64,000 nt of DNA, from NCBI GenBank assembly GCA_003344405.1, contig NOWV01000015.1, positions 496,001 through 560,000 of the forward strand, read 5' to 3'. Position numbers and translations under genes: made by a program. Within the stretch, counting starts at the first letter, position 1. Each line of letters starts with the position of its first letter. Shown here in pieces: positions 25,891-37,500 of the stretch. The stretch is from Trichoplax sp. H2 (lineage: Eukaryota). Under the pieces are notes generated by a model, which was given only the letters and a program-made list of their open reading frames with translations, had not been told where the DNA came from and made no database searches.

Positions 25891-26907
25891 CACATAATGG
25901 TATAAAAGAATTTCTATTTTGGCCACGGACAAGTTTTTAGCCCAAGCGTTCCTTAATTGCAGCAGTTATGCAAAGATCTTCGAGGTACTTTGCGGTGGTC
26001 TCTGCGGCGGTTCTCTGCTCAAGTCTTCGCATGTGAATGGAGAGAGAGTCTTTATAAATGGAGTAAAAACGCAACCCGAACCCGATCAAATTGTTGATTT
26101 TCTAACCGGAAATGAGTGTAATCGCTGTACTGTACAGTACCCACTACCCACTACCTGTACTACCCACCAATACTGAAATCACTTGATGAGGTAGACACTC
26201 ATCGGTAGAATACATGTTAGCCATCGAAATCGGTTCAATTAAAATGCGGCGGAAAAGGGTCAATACTTGACGAGAAAAGTGAAATGATGTTTTAGCCCTA
26301 ACTTTACAATTTGTTTTTTATCATCACGTCNNNNNNNNNNNNNNNNNNNNCACATAATGGTATAAAAGAATTTCTATTTTGGCCACGGACAAGTTTTTAG
26401 CCCAAGCGTTCCTTAATTGCAGCAGTTATGCAAAGATCTTCGAGGTACTTTGCGGTGGTCTCTGCGGCGGTTCTCTGCTCAAGTCTTCGCATGTGAATGG
26501 AGAGAGAGAGAGAGTCTTTATAAATGGAGTAAAAACGCAACCCGAACCCGATCAAATTGTTGATTTTCTAACCCGAAATGAGTGTAATCGCTGTACAGTA
26601 CTTGCAGTATACTTGTATACCGTACCGGTACTGCACAGTAAAAGATAACGGTATTCAACCGGCGGTTAACAACATAGGTAGGAAGAGGTTCCATGCCGAC
26701 GGCTTTCATGAATTCCTCTTTTACCTTTATGCTTTCATACCTACCAATACTGAAATCCCTTGATGAGGTAGACACTCATCGGTAGAATACATGTTAGCCA
26801 TCGAAATCGGTTCAATTAAAATGCGGCGGAAAAGGGTCAATACTTGACGAGAAAAGTGAAATGATGTTTTAGCCCTAACTTTACAATTTGTTTTTTATCA
26901 TCACGTC
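25891..26907. repeat. Gap-flanking near-identical duplication (25891-26330 vs 26351-26907), probably two haplotypes
   Basis: Both copies start cacataatggtataaaagaa and end atcacgtc, on either side of a 20-N gap at 26331-26350. They differ in (GA)n length and by a ~110-bp indel. Confidence 0.9.
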
Positions 26908-27235
26908 ATGAGAAATACTTTAACAAATTGACAAAATAGATTATGGCATGTTAAGGAGAAAATTGGCAGCGACAAGATGTCTACAATTACAAATTTTGCA
27001 GTTTCATAATATGAAAATTAGTTTACAACTTGCCGTCACTCAGTGATGACTATGATAACACATGGTGCCAGGTGATGAAATAATAAAAGTTTTACGCTTT
27101 TGCAATCCATATTTAGAATACTTAAAAAATAGTAGAGTAATCCATATGTATCTAGTAACGTACCGACAAGAAAAATAGAAGAGCTCCAAATAGTTCATCT
27201 ACAGTATCATAAAGTGCAATATTTTAGAAAAAACG

Positions 27236-27650
27236 GAGCAGGTCTTTACCAGCTTCGATTATATAATTTATTTACAAGGAAAATAGAAAAATTTCAAATA
27301 CACAGATCATTTTTTATAATGTTACAGTACAATATCAGAGAGAAAAGACACAAAGTTCAACTACACCTTTAAGCAGATCTTTAGCTGCTTGAATTATAAT
27401 TTACAACGATAAATACAATAGAAAGGTTCGAAACAGCTCACCTAGAATTAATTAATTATATACGCGTACTGTAATAAGTATTTGCAACATAAAGGCCAGC
27501 AACACCCTATAGGAGGTGTTATAGCCTGCTTGAATAATAAACTGACAAGAAAATTGGGAAAGTTCGTCACAATTGATCGATTATAATGAGGTAGCTGTAA
27601 TCTGAAGACCAGAAACATCCTGAAAGAGGGTCTTTAACCTGCTGTAATGG
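27236..27650. repeat. Degenerate ~115-140 bp tandem repeat, 3-4 copies
   Basis: agcag(g/a)tcttta-c...gcttgaattataat...acaag...aaagttcg-like blocks at about 27238, 27372, 27512 and 27627. Confidence 0.55.
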
Positions 27651-27912
27651 ATAGTCTTGATCATTCAGTAAATAGCTTGAGTTACTCTAGTCATGGCAAC
27701 AACAAATACTACAGTACATTTCACAGGTGATGCATGGCCGAAATAAATTTCCAACTTTAGCAGGATTATTCCTTACATAGCATATAAACAATTAACCATT
27801 GCAGCTTAGAGTTAAGCTTATGCAATGAAATAGTGGAAGTGGTGACGAAATGAATTTTCAGAACCTATTCGTATTCTCATTTCAATAAGGATTCCTCTGA
27901 AAGTTTCCAAAG

Positions 27913-30421
27913 CTATCCATGATTGGCAATAGGAGTAGGGATAGGATTCACCGATTTCCTAGTCATTTCTGACTTCATTTCCATTAATGAAGCACACTTT
28001 TCAATGCCTGAATGAATTGTTTGATGCATAACATAAGATTGAGGATAAATTGACACGGAAAGCTTTCCGGCTGCTTGATACATTTTATGGCTTAATTCTA
28101 AATGTTGAATTGAGTCTAAATTGTCCTCTTTTGCCAACCAGTAATGTAGCGCTGCAATTTGACTTGTTATATACAGTTCTAAATGACTGCTACTCCATGA
28201 TGAACATTGAACAGCACCAATAATCATGTAATAAAGTTGCAATGCACGATCATAATGGCTAGCAGCGGTTGCGATCAATGCCTGTCGTTGCCATTGATTT
28301 AAATGTTCCAAACGTTTGCTTTCCTCTAAAAAATCCTAAAAATTTGTAAATTAGACCTATGAAATATTTTCAAAACAGTAGAAATACGGTAGTTTATAAT
28401 TACTCTCAATCTCGTTAAATATTTGTAGAGTATATTATAGTGTTGCCCTTTTCTGTCATTCACTGATGTTTCTTTATATCTTTTACTAGCATCAATTCAT
28501 TATCATGCATCATACTAACCCAATTATTGCCATCGTAGATGTTAAATCCTATTTCATGGGATAAATGATCGTCAGCCTTAAATAAGAGAATATATAAAAA
28601 TTATCGTAACCCATTTCAGCTCCTACCATCACCAAATAATATAAGGGAATATCGTAATAAAGTATCAAGTAACTGGGCTCAACTTAAGACATTTCGGTAC
28701 AATTCAAACTTGATTAATCTATACCTCTAATACGTTGTTGCTACTAGATATAATTGCCTCTGATAGTGCCAATAAATCCAATGATTCCTAACGTGATGAA
28801 TGTCACAGAAAAAAATAAAACTGAAATTATTTTTCGTTCGAAATTTTGTATTCATAACTTTGGTAAGAAGTTAAATTTACCAATTTCAGATGAAAGACTT
28901 CACAGGTCAGGAAATGGATATCAACCTCTATAAAAAGGGTAGAAATGAATGTTTTGAAATAAATATCTTATTCAGATTTTCTACAAGTATGACTACTGTA
29001 CTAAGCGAGTTAGGAATCGAAGGTAATCTCTACCGCTTACAGTATACTTAAAGTATAGTTTGATTATGAAATAGAAGATAATCGCTAACGTTAACGCCTT
29101 CACCTAAACTAGATTAAAGTATAACTAGATTTATGGAATGAAAGATAATCTCTAAGGTTAACATTGTCGCTTAAACTATATTTAAAGTATAACTTGATGC
29201 ATGGAATAGAGGTAATCTCTAACGTTAATGTTTTCGCCTAAAGTATATTCAAAGTATAACTTGATGTATCGGCTACTAGTTCAATAAGAATCATTTCAGT
29301 GATATCAACAAAGTCGACTTGACAGAGTCTTACTAGTTAATGTTTGGGTATTTTAATGAGTACTAATGTTATACTTAAAGATCTAGTTCAATTTCTGTGG
29401 GTACATAGAGCAGGAATAGAAAGTTTAGGATCTTTGCACAGGCAATGAATTTAGCGTCATAATCGCTACATTATACTGATTCATAAGAAGAATAGCACTG
29501 GATGAATATTATATAATGTTCATAAAAAACAATTTTATTTTCCATTGTATTTGAAGCAAGAGCTACTCTGTATTGACTGAGAAAATCAATTTTGTTTCTT
29601 CTTTGCAATTTTTTTGAATAACGCAGATTAAATGTTTGGCTTATGAACCATTTCATTCTTTTCATATTAGCAATCTTACCTGTTGTAGCTATTTCTATAC
29701 AAGAATGATTAATAGATGATAACAAGGTTAATATAAAATAGCCATATTCGCTAGCAATTTGGCTAGAACACTTTCTACTCGCCATTACGGCCCCATGAAT
29801 CAAACTTATGGCAAATTCATTATCATCATCCACTTCTTGACTATAATTTAATAAAATTTCTAAAGATTCCTTAAAGAATAATAACGATTCACAACGATCC
29901 ATAGACGCAACGGATTCTCCTACTAGGTAGTATGCCATCGCCATAAGGAGGTTATCGTTGTTATAATGCTCTGTGCATACTTTTAGTACCTGATAGTGAG
30001 ACCAAAGCGATTCTTCAATTAAACCTAGTATTAATTGCAATTTTCCAATAGCACAGTAAATATCAAGAACACGTCGATGAGAACGCCCATAGCCTTTGAT
30101 ACTAAGTGATAAAACTTTGTTATAGTAACAGAGACATTGATCGTATAATTCTTGTTCCTCGTATTGATTAGCTTTCATAACGAGATCATCAATTTCCTGA
30201 GCTAGACTGGGATGGATCTTTCTATCTCCATCTTGGTTACATTTTGGCTCTTTTGGCCATAATGGTATAGTCGTATTTTCATCTTGTTGTGAGGATTGTG
30301 GCCGCTCTATTTCATTAGAATGAGATGATGCAAATGGATCATCTTGTGTTGGCTCTTGGATATGATTTTGGTTATCATGGATTGAAAGTCGATTCAAATC
30401 AATAATACAAGAAGCGTTCAT
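27913..30421 (-). CDS. Uncharacterised TPR-like helical-repeat protein
   Basis: Phase-consistent GT-AG model with exons 30421-29680, 28927-28881, ~28787-28725, ~28576-28520 and 28335-27913. Exon 1 has ~42-aa TPR-like periodicity (YDQCLCYYNKVLSLSIKGYGRSHRRVLDIYCAIG; IEESLWSHYQVLKVCTEHYNNDNLLMAMAYYLVG). The last exon has AASHYDRALQLY. The small middle exons are less certain. Confidence 0.72.
29013..29269. repeat. ~66 bp tandem repeat, 4 copies, intronic
   Basis: Unit ggaatagaaggtaatctctaacgttaa...cctaaactatatttaaagtataacttgat repeated. Confidence 0.85.
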
Positions 30422-33149
30422 ATTCAAGTCTTAAAAGTTAGTGCTAATTGTAAAATATGGTGTCTCAATGACTCATCGATCATGAAGCCATTTTGATTGG
30501 ATTTAACAAATAAGGTTTTACAGAAGATTTTAGACTTTAGCTACTAGAGTTCTACATTGTAAAATTGGCATCATTTAATAGACAATAGTACGACGCATAG
30601 CTTGTAGCCCATTCGTTATTCTAGGCCAATCTTAATAGTTTGATGATTGCTGCTATCAGCATGAATTTTACGTAGAATTAATCCGTTAAAACTACCACGG
30701 TTAATGTTGCTAATTAATAAATAAAATAGTTTTAGCCTTGAATATTGATGAGTAAAGAAACTGATTGGATTGGCTGCTTGAAAGTCTGCATTGTTCTTCA
30801 TGGCCTTGTGGATGTTGACGTAGCGATTTCAATTGTCTATGGCAGTATTGATTAAATCAATCTATCTTTTCAATCGCTAGTCTTAGTCTATTATAACTAG
30901 ATTAGAGTGGATACATGATATTTTATTCTTGGGGTGGCTTATCGCAAACAATCGGGTTAGTGCAAAGGCGAAGAGTAGATACCCTCCTTTGTAGCGATGA
31001 CTATCAAGATTAGTTATCCTTGCAGGTTTAGATTCGCTTGATTGATCTATGCTGTTACAGCATGCAATAGAGAAATGAACCACATCATGTGGATTCCAGT
31101 TAGTTTCAATAGATGTGTAAAACTTTAATTAATGTTATCAAAGTGCAAGAATACAAAAAAACAAGGAAACAATAATATAATAATCAAGCTCTGAGCTCTT
31201 TCTAGTAAATAAAGATCTTATAATTACCTGCCGACTTCCGCTTGCGGAGATGAACCAAAGCAAATAACTAAAAGAAGCAGATAATGGCTTGTATCGTAGA
31301 ACTATTTTAATTGTTGTCTCATTGCACTTCTGCAGTAGTAGTATACGTAATGTGCCGTAGATAATGAAAAAAGAGTTAATCATGAAAAAGGAAAAGTCCC
31401 TATCTAATAATTATAATTTATCATGTCACTGAATATAGCTACCGTCGGCTTAATGAAAGGGTGATCAATTTCATTTCTTATTCTATCGATGATATGAGGA
31501 CGAGTTTATCATTGCCATCTTGATCGATATCCGTTGCTTTCATCCATTTGATTCCTGTTTTCTTACTTCATGTGGCATGATCGGTTTAATATGAACATTT
31601 TATTTGAGTATTAGGCATAATTTAAATATTGTTAGAATATATGACACTTAACTTTATAGTAGGGTAGAAAGAAGTATTGAAGTCGTAGTCAAGCTATCTT
31701 TATTATTTTTATTTTTTATTGCATTAACATCTATAAAATTGATTTACCGTAGTTCAATGTAGGCAATCATTTTTAAATTCTATTGATAGCATTGAGTAAG
31801 GATTTTAAGTCATGAGGAAGAACTGCAAGATCATTCTCTAAAAATAATATAGTGGTTCTGTAACCTCTTGAATAGGCCATTGGTGGCTTTAACGATCCTG
31901 TTCTCAACTTATCGTACATACATTTACTGTAGATCATGTTTAAGACTACAGTACCTTAATTTTAATTTATCTTTACACAAGGAAACCTCTCTATCCGGCA
32001 GTACATTATGGCAAGTATTTGCACTTTTCAGTGCAAATGACGTATTGAACTTGCTATAATACAGTATGTTATGTATTTTGGAAACGATCCAAAACTGTCG
32101 TAGACTTGTCGCTAGCACAGTCGGTAGTCAATGGCATGACTAGTCATGAATAGCTAGCTAGACCGTCTACTATACCTAAAACAGGTGTACAATATTACTT
32201 GTGAGTCTGCCATCAGTGAAGATTTGATCTAGTTATTCACAGACTGAGTTGGAGTCGAATTAATCCGATTCACTAATTTAATCTACTGTCATTTCTTCCT
32301 CTCGATTGTGCTGGCTGCAAGAAATAGACTGCAACCTGTGCCATGTATTGATCAGGATTGTATAAAAAATGGATATTAGTGAATGCAAAGTGAGATTATA
32401 CTTTGCTGCCATTTTAATAATTGGTATTCGCATTATGTACGGACTCAGTTTCATAACTCAGGATTGCCAACGCTCACCGCAAACCATACCATATTCACTC
32501 AGTATCGCTCTAGATTCTACACATCCCGTACACTGATGAGAAGTTGATTTACTTGTACGCTATTAAAGATGCTGTTAAGCCTTAATACAGAACCGTCATG
32601 GATACAGAAAGCAGTGAACAATAGGGTTGTAGACTGCTTTTGAAAGTATCAATTGCGGATAGATAGGGGATCGGCCATAATAAAAGCTCAAAGTGGGATA
32701 ATGGTGAAATCGTATTTCAATGCTATGCCCCTTTTGCGGCCAAGGGTAATCGAGACGTAGAGTTGAAAACACAACTTATCAACATCTGCATGCGCTGCTT
32801 CGAACGATATGAATTTCATCTTGAACATCAGCATGACAGGCATTCTAATCGAGCCTTTTAGTGCGAACGAAATGAATGAAATGCATCCATTCTGTACTGA
32901 ATGATGGTGCTCGCTGCAACCCATTCCTTCATGCTGGTCAGTATGATTTAAGGTATCGCTCGAACACTCCTTTATTGCCGGTCAACATTAATTTGGGCTT
33001 CGAGGATTGTACATAACGATTTTATCGGAGCTTGACAACAGGGACTATAGCACAAAAAGCTAGAGAAAGAAAAAGAGAGATGGGGAAAATATATTCTTGA
33101 GTCTGAATTCTTGAGTCTGATAGAAATGACGATGCCGAATCATTTGACT

Positions 33150-33580
33150 ACCTACAGTACAAGACAGTAAGTGAGAACAGTATTACTGTACAGTACAGTA
33201 CAGTATATGATACAGTACATAGTCTATACCGTTATCTGTCCGTAAGCATAAACTATGCTCTACATACTGTAGTATGCTTAGTATGCTAGTATGCTCACTT
33301 GCTCAGTATGCTGTACGGTTACTTTACACTGTATACTACACGGAATGCAGTCAAGGACTACTTGTACAGTACAGTACTAACTGAGCACAGTATTTATCTT
33401 ACTATAGTGAAAACTGAACAGTACTGTATATGATTCGAAGTCTATACAGTTGTCTGTCTGTAAACTTGGACAATGCTCAGTATGCTCACTATGCTGTATG
33501 GTTATACTGTAGTAGTGTACTGTATACTAGCTAACTACAATGAGTGTATACTGTACCTGTACAGTATACCAGTGTACTGC
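33150..33580. repeat. CAGTA/TACTG low-complexity tract with agtatgct repeats
   Basis: Examples: tactgtacagtacagtacagta and agtatgcttagtatgctagtatgct. About 1 kb upstream of the RRP5 ATG. Confidence 0.8.
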
Positions 33581-34528
33581 ATTAAAACCAAACCTGGCTC
33601 CGCTTTGGGGTGATCGTGTTTAATAGAGTGTACCGTTACAGAGATACGATTTAATGGAAATGACCACCAAAATAGCCGTACTTCGTATTTTACTAAGATA
33701 ATATTCCTGTCTTCCGTTTTGGTAGTCCCTATGGGCATGGACTGGTAGAAATAAATACTGGAATCCATTTCTAGAAGTCCATACTACAAATACATGTACT
33801 ATGGACTACTGAAAATACTACTAACTATAAGTATTGCGTATTTACATGGAGTAACAGTACTGTACTAGAAGACAGCGTAGTAGTCTACGCAAGTCCAATG
33901 CGCATGATGGACTGTATTGATTTGGGTAGTACTGGGCACACTCGAAATCTTGCTACGATACGGTTGGTAACGTTGCAGTGTTGCTTTACTATAGGCCACT
34001 TAATTGTACTGTACAATACAACAGTCAAGTTGACACTGTCCACGCGTTAACTGATCAATCTTCCATTTCACCTTTAAGGTAGAGGCCTGCAGCGTTTCCA
34101 AGGTAATCCAAGCGATTCTATCCATTGCCATTCTACTTGCTATTCGTCATTGACTTGTTGGGACGAAGTTGTCTAAGCTGCAATAGCACAGCAGTATTTT
34201 TAATCCTGTACTCGTAGAGATAGTTTTAGATAGTACACGTGTGAGCTATCTGTTATCACCCAGCGAGCTGGTGGATTGGACCTATTTCGTGATTCAGCCT
34301 GCAGTAGAATCTATTGCAGATTTGCATTGAAATATCAGCTCATTTCAGCGATTCAATACTGATTTCTCAACGTGATTTAAAGACTTCCATTCAATTTATA
34401 GCGGTACTGGGTTAAAATCCGACATTTATTCTTTTGCTGTTGCTACCTGTTGTCCAATTCCCTGCTAATTACTATATTATCGACAAGATTGTGCACGTCA
34501 CAAGCAATCGATGAAGTAAGTGATCCAA

Positions 34529-37500
34529 ATGGCACAAGTAGATTTTCCTCGTGGAGGGTCGAACGTTTTGTCCCCGTTGGAGGTACAAAATGCCAAACGT
34601 AAAGCTGAAGATGATGCCCTATTTAAGGTATAAATTCAATAGCAGCATCATAGTGATATCGATAGAGACGGAATACTTCAGTAGAAAAGCTGTGGATAAC
34701 ATAGAACGAATTGCCCTGTCGAGCTCAGACTACCAACCAAAATACTTACATCGAGTTCATGCATGTGCTTATACTTGCAATACACGTATCTCAGATACCA
34801 TAATGAATGGAATAGGATTAGTCAATTGAATTTGGTAGTATCAGACAGCTGATCAGAAGGTGCAGTGAAGTCAAATTGTTGAGCTCGACTAGGTTCAATG
34901 CAAGAATGTTGCATCAGCCATGATAGTGCAAGCTTATCATTTCTCTACCGTTGATACTTTCAACAACTGCAAGTCAGTTCGCAGGACAATAGCTGATATA
35001 AGATAAAAAGTAGATCAGAATTTGCAACAGTTTCTTCATGCAACTAATGTTTAATGTTATGATATCTACTACAGACTACTCCTAGTACGCCGCTGAAGAA
35101 AGCGAAAAAGATAAAATCCAATACTCCAGCTACAGCGAAAGGCAAAGACATGCCTAGTACTGATAAAGATGAAGTCAGCGTAGATGCTATCACCATATCG
35201 GTATGTTAAAAAATATATGTCTCTATCCAGTTAGAATGGATATACTTTTATTATAACTCGTCAGCTTATTGACATTTTAGATTGTAAATCATCGTAGCAG
35301 CTTTTGAATTGATGTACAAGATTGATGTATTAGGTAATACCTTTTTTTAGATGTACAAAAAGGGGGTGTCTGTCCTTGGCATTGTCAAAGAAATTAATCC
35401 AGTTGACATTACAGTCTCCCTTCCTGGCTTATTAACCGGCTACATCCACATAACACAAATGTCAAGTCAAATGACGCAATTATTAACAAGGCAGCTAAAA
35501 TCTACTGAATTAGATGGAGAGGTGGGTTTACTCATATACAAGATAAGCAACTTTCGGATATTCATGTCTTTTATTTTGACGACAATTTGAGATTGGGATT
35601 TCTCTCTTACGATACTTGTACACATGCTAGCAATTTTTAAGTACCTTAAGCAATAGGCTGATAATAGAAGTTTTCTTAACCGCTGTATAATGTTATCATA
35701 AATATGTGTAGTCTGAAAATGATCTTATAGTACACGTTTCGATTGCATTGATAGGATGGTGTAACACAATTGGACTTGAATTCTTTCTTTCGAATTGGAG
35801 ACATGCTTCGTTGCGTGGTTGATGAAGTCGAATTGACCAAGAGTAAGCATAAACGTATCAAACTAGCAATAGATCCTAAGATACTCAATGCTAAATTCAA
35901 AGCCAACAGAATTCAAACAGGAATGGTAAGTCACTTTTGAAAGTAATAATCACGCCATGCCTTAGATTATAATCCATATTGAGCCTTAAATTATCTCGGA
36001 TGATAACAGACTTTATCCGGATATATTGAAAGTGTTGAAGATCATGGGTATATTGTATCTTTTGAAATTGAGAACCTAGTCGGGTTCCTATCACAACAAG
36101 AAGGTCTGGACTATGCAAAATCAAGAGAGTTAGGTATGCAGTAGGCTTGTTAACGTGCAACTAGTTTTCAAACCAACACGATACATGAAATGCCTATTGT
36201 CTACGTACCATTGCAGAGGATCTACCGGTGGGGCTACCAGTGAATTGCGTTATTCAAAAGGTGAAAGATCAAGGACGAATGGTTACCGTTGGCGTGTCTA
36301 GCAGCAAAGTTCTGAAAGCCAAGGTTAATGCTGTGTAACTAATATAAATATTTATGTAATGTCAGGATTATTGAATCAGTCATGTACGTATCGATATTGA
36401 TATCAAAAACTGTAATAAATGAAGGCTCATGAAGGGATGAGATTTAGCTATGATACCTTACAAGCCGGATTATACATAAATGGGACTATTGCAAAGGTAT
36501 ATTCAAAGTGTTGACATGTCATAGATGGATAGTTCAAATTGGATCGCAATGTAATCTGTTTTGTTTATCAAAATATTAGATTAGTACCAAAGGAGCACAA
36601 CTTTCCTTTTTGGGTGGTTTTCGCGGAAGCGTAACTGCTGACCACCTAAATCAAAATCAATCTCTGCAAGAGCGATCGAAAGTGAGCTAATTTTCAGTTA
36701 ACATAGGTATCTGCGTATTAAAATTAAAATTTAAACTAAAATAATTGCTTTTATACATTAAATAAGGTGGTTGCAAGAATTATATATGTGGATCGCAAAT
36801 CAAAGAAAATAGCTTTATCTTTACTAAACATTACTGTCAATGGGCAAATGGATATTTCTCAGGTAGAAATTGGCCAAATAATTGAAGACGCAGTTGTTCT
36901 TCGCGTTGACAAAGGCGTTGGTTTACTCCTTCAACTGGGTGATAACTTGAAAGGATATGTTCATGTATGTTTAAATCTAGCATTTGTATTGCATACGCAT
37001 ACAAATGCATAGGATTCATGCTTTCTTCATTTTCATTGTAGATATCGCGCGCTTCCGATAAGCATATTGATAAGTTTGGAAAACAACACAGAGCAGGATC
37101 GAAACATAGGTTCATTCACAATTAACTAGTTAAATTGGCTTGCTTTCATGCAGATGTTATCCTTTGTATTCGTAATGTTCTTAACTTTGCTCCTAGGTGT
37201 CGCGTTATAGCAAATAGTTTAATCGATGAATTAGCAATTATTACAATGCAACAGTAAGCATTTCTTTGGTAAACTGCGGCTATTTCCAGTTATTCGCCAT
37301 CGATATTAATTTATTTGTCATTTTTTCAAGATCCGTTTTGGAGCAGCAATTTATAAGTTACAAAGATATCAAGCCGGGTACACTAGTTATGGTACAGTAT
37401 TATAATGAATAAATTTGATTAACTTATAAAAAATGCAATCGAGGTATATGTAAACACAGCACAAACACACATACTCTATTTATTACGGCAGGGTAAAATT

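Noticed and set aside
25919-26648. Duplicated 'MATDKFLAQ...' ORFs as a tandem gene pair
   Set aside because: They start at TTG, have no recognisable domain, and are explained by the gap-flanking haplotype duplication.
29471-29679. C-terminal tail of the 318-aa ORF
   Set aside because: A strong donor G|gtaag at 29680 leads to phase-compatible downstream exons, so the tail is probably intron read-through.
32533-32560. CTGATGAG as a hammerhead ribozyme core
   Set aside because: There is no following stem II with GAAA and no flanking helices.
32680-33010. GC-richer patch considered as an RNA gene (U3, SRP, RNase P/MRP)
   Set aside because: I found no diagnostic motifs on either strand. An Rfam scan would be needed to exclude it fully.
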